Source of the DNA: Candidatus Thorarchaeota archaeon
GTDB lineage: Archaea; Asgardarchaeota; Thorarchaeia; Thorarchaeales; Thorarchaeaceae
DNA length: 64,000 bases
Direction: 5' to 3'
Assembly: GCA_011364985.1 (NCBI GenBank)
Contig: RDOC01000002.1
Coordinates: forward strand, 189,424-253,423
In this document: in pieces, positions 62,274-64,000 of the stretch
Numbering within the stretch: the first letter of the stretch is position 1
Layout of the letters: each line of letters starts with the position of its first letter
Program-made: the position numbers and the translations under genes
Notes under the pieces: model-generated
Told to the model about the DNA's origin: nothing
Databases searched by the model: none
The model's input: the letters and a program-made list of their open reading frames with translations, nothing else

Positions 62274-63428
62274 ATGACGGATAAGCTTTTACGTACTCAG
62301 CTGTATGACTGGCACAAAACACACGGTGACGTGGTTCCTTTTGCCGGCTGGGAGATGCCAGTTCGGTTCTCAGATATTCGTGAGGAACATATGGCTGTAA
62401 GAGATAGTGTTGGAATTTTCGATACAAGTCACATGTACCGATTCTTCATCGAAGGTTCGCAAGCTGTAGATTTCCTACAAAGATTGACAACGAACAATGT
62501 GCGCAAGCTCGAGATTAACGGGGGACAATATACGACATGCCTCAACGAGAACGCAGGAATGCATGATGATCTCACTCTTTATCGCATTGAGGAGAACAAG
62601 TTCATCTGGATCACAAATGCTTCCAATGGTCCCAAGATTTGGAAACATTTGATGGAACATGCACCTCAGTATGATGTAAGCATTCAGGACAAATCGCGTG
62701 AGATTGCTATGGTTGCTGTCCAAGGGCCCCAATCCATGACTCTTCTCTCAAGGATGGCCGGCATGGATGTCAGTACCTACAATCGATTCACCTGTCATCC
62801 GGCTAAACTTGCAAAATATGATTGTTATCTGTGTCGTACTGGATATACAGGCGAAGATGGAGGCGAAGTACTAGTGCTAAATACACCGGACACTGAAGAG
62901 GGCCGGGAAAGAGCCATTGCCTTCTGGGAAGAACTCCTAAGCCAAGGTGATGACTTAGGAATCAAGCCATGCGGTTTGGGCGCACGTGATTCGACCCGGT
63001 TGGAAGCTGGATTTGTGCTCTATGGCAATGAACTCAATGAAGATACTACTCCCTTAGAGGCACGGATTCCTTATGCCGTCAAATTCAAAGTAGATCCGAA
63101 GTATATTGGATACAACCTACTTAAACAGCAAAAGGAGGCAGGAGTAAGAAAGACGCGTATTGGATTAGTAATGGTAGACCGAGGCATTCCAAGGAAGGGA
63201 TATGCGATACAGCTCAACAACGAAAGAATTGGTACAGTGACCAGTGGTACTTTATCACCCCTACTTCAAAAAGGAATCGCACTTGCATACGTAAAGCCTG
63301 ATGTCGTAGATACCGGACAAGTAGTTGAGATTGACATCAAAGGTCGTGTAAGAAGGGCTGAGGTCACAAACTGGCCCTTTTACGACCCGGACAAGTATGG
63401 TTCTACCCGAGTTTCAGATTCTACCTAA
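62274..63428 (+). CDS. gcvT: Glycine cleavage system T protein
   Basis: FAGWEMPV, FDTSHM, RTGYTGEDG, GLGARDS.RLEAG. Confidence 0.96.
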   Translation: MTDKLLRTQLYDWHKTHGDVVPFAGWEMPVRFSDIREEHMAVRDSVGIFDTSHMYRFFIEGSQAVDFLQRLTTNNVRKLEINGGQYTTCLNENAGMHDDLTLYRIEENKFIWITNASNGPKIWKHLMEHAPQYDVSIQDKSREIAMVAVQGPQSMTLLSRMAGMDVSTYNRFTCHPAKLAKYDCYLCRTGYTGEDGGEVLVLNTPDTEEGRERAIAFWEELLSQGDDLGIKPCGLGARDSTRLEAGFVLYGNELNEDTTPLEARIPYAVKFKVDPKYIGYNLLKQQKEAGVRKTRIGLVMVDRGIPRKGYAIQLNNERIGTVTSGTLSPLLQKGIALAYVKPDVVDTGQVVEIDIKGRVRRAEVTNWPFYDPDKYGSTRVSDST

Positions 63429-63478
63429 AGAAAGCATTCATTAAGAGTTCATACACGACTCTTGACAGGCGATTTCCA

Positions 63479-63880
63479 ATGGGCGGACCAGGACAATCAA
63501 TACCCGAGAATCTTCTGTATACTAAGGAACACGAATGGACAAAGGTCGAGGGAGACCATGTCATAGTTGGCATCTCCGACTTTGCACAGAACTCCCTTCA
63601 CGAGATTACCTTTGTTGAACTTCCTGAAGTTGGAACAGCTGTAGAAGCCAACTCGGAATGTGGACTTGTGGAATCCATGAAAGCCTCTTCAGACATCTTT
63701 TCACCTGTGAGTGGTGAGATTATTGAGGTAAACTCAGAGCTTGAGAACGCTCCGGAGCTTGTAAATGAAGATCCTTATGGTGCAGGCTGGATGATGAAAA
63801 TCAAGCCATCGAATCTTGATAAGGACCTTAAGGCATTGATGGATGCCAAAGCTTACTCAGACTTGATTGCTTCATTGTGA
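63479..63880 (+). CDS. gcvH: Glycine cleavage system H protein
   Basis: YTKEHEW, GISDFAQ, VESMKA (lipoyl Lys), NEDPYG.GW. Confidence 0.96.
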   Translation: MGGPGQSIPENLLYTKEHEWTKVEGDHVIVGISDFAQNSLHEITFVELPEVGTAVEANSECGLVESMKASSDIFSPVSGEIIEVNSELENAPELVNEDPYGAGWMMKIKPSNLDKDLKALMDAKAYSDLIASL

Positions 63881-64000
63881 TTGAATTATCTAGATGATCA
63901 TGTCATATAGGCTGACCCCGACTACTGCTGCGCAGAAATGCCTAGTCGTCCCGACCAGCCAAGACTACCCCTCCCTATCGGTTTGGATGGCTCCCCTGCT

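Overview
This is an archaeal chromosomal window, very probably Asgard (Thorarchaeia-like). That assignment is inferred from the unsplit RpoB, PolD, Elf1, an OSTC/OST3-6-like protein, a small Ras-superfamily GTPase and a multi-intron tRNA. Most of the window is core genes: rpoB-rpoA'-rpoA''-L30e-nusA, S12-S7, EF-1alpha, aIF5B, L7Ae-S28e-L24e, rpoD-L18e-L13-S9-rpoN-S2, the archaeal modified mevalonate pathway, egsA, carS, Lhr, RPA, PolD DP2, radB, an XPD-like helicase, topA, folP/mptE and gcvT/H. RNA genes are tRNA-Ser(GCT) with two introns, tRNA-Pro(CGG) and SRP RNA. The main discovery is a 30-nt, stop-containing, bulge-helix-bulge (tRNA-type) intron at 12839-12868 that splits the EF-1alpha gene. 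Its removal exactly restores [15 protein letters not shown]. It has the same length, architecture and core motif as the T-loop intron of the nearby tRNA-Ser. It can adopt an alternative splice-blocking fold, and it is complementary over 13 nt to the sequence just upstream of its own gene, a HAC1-like arrangement. Together these point to regulated non-spliceosomal mRNA splicing. A second candidate system consists of two unannotated paralogous 31-33 aa peptides, preceded by a phased operator array and followed by an MFS exporter. A 1.5-kb islet bounded by a ~72-bp tRNA-Pro direct repeat is also present.
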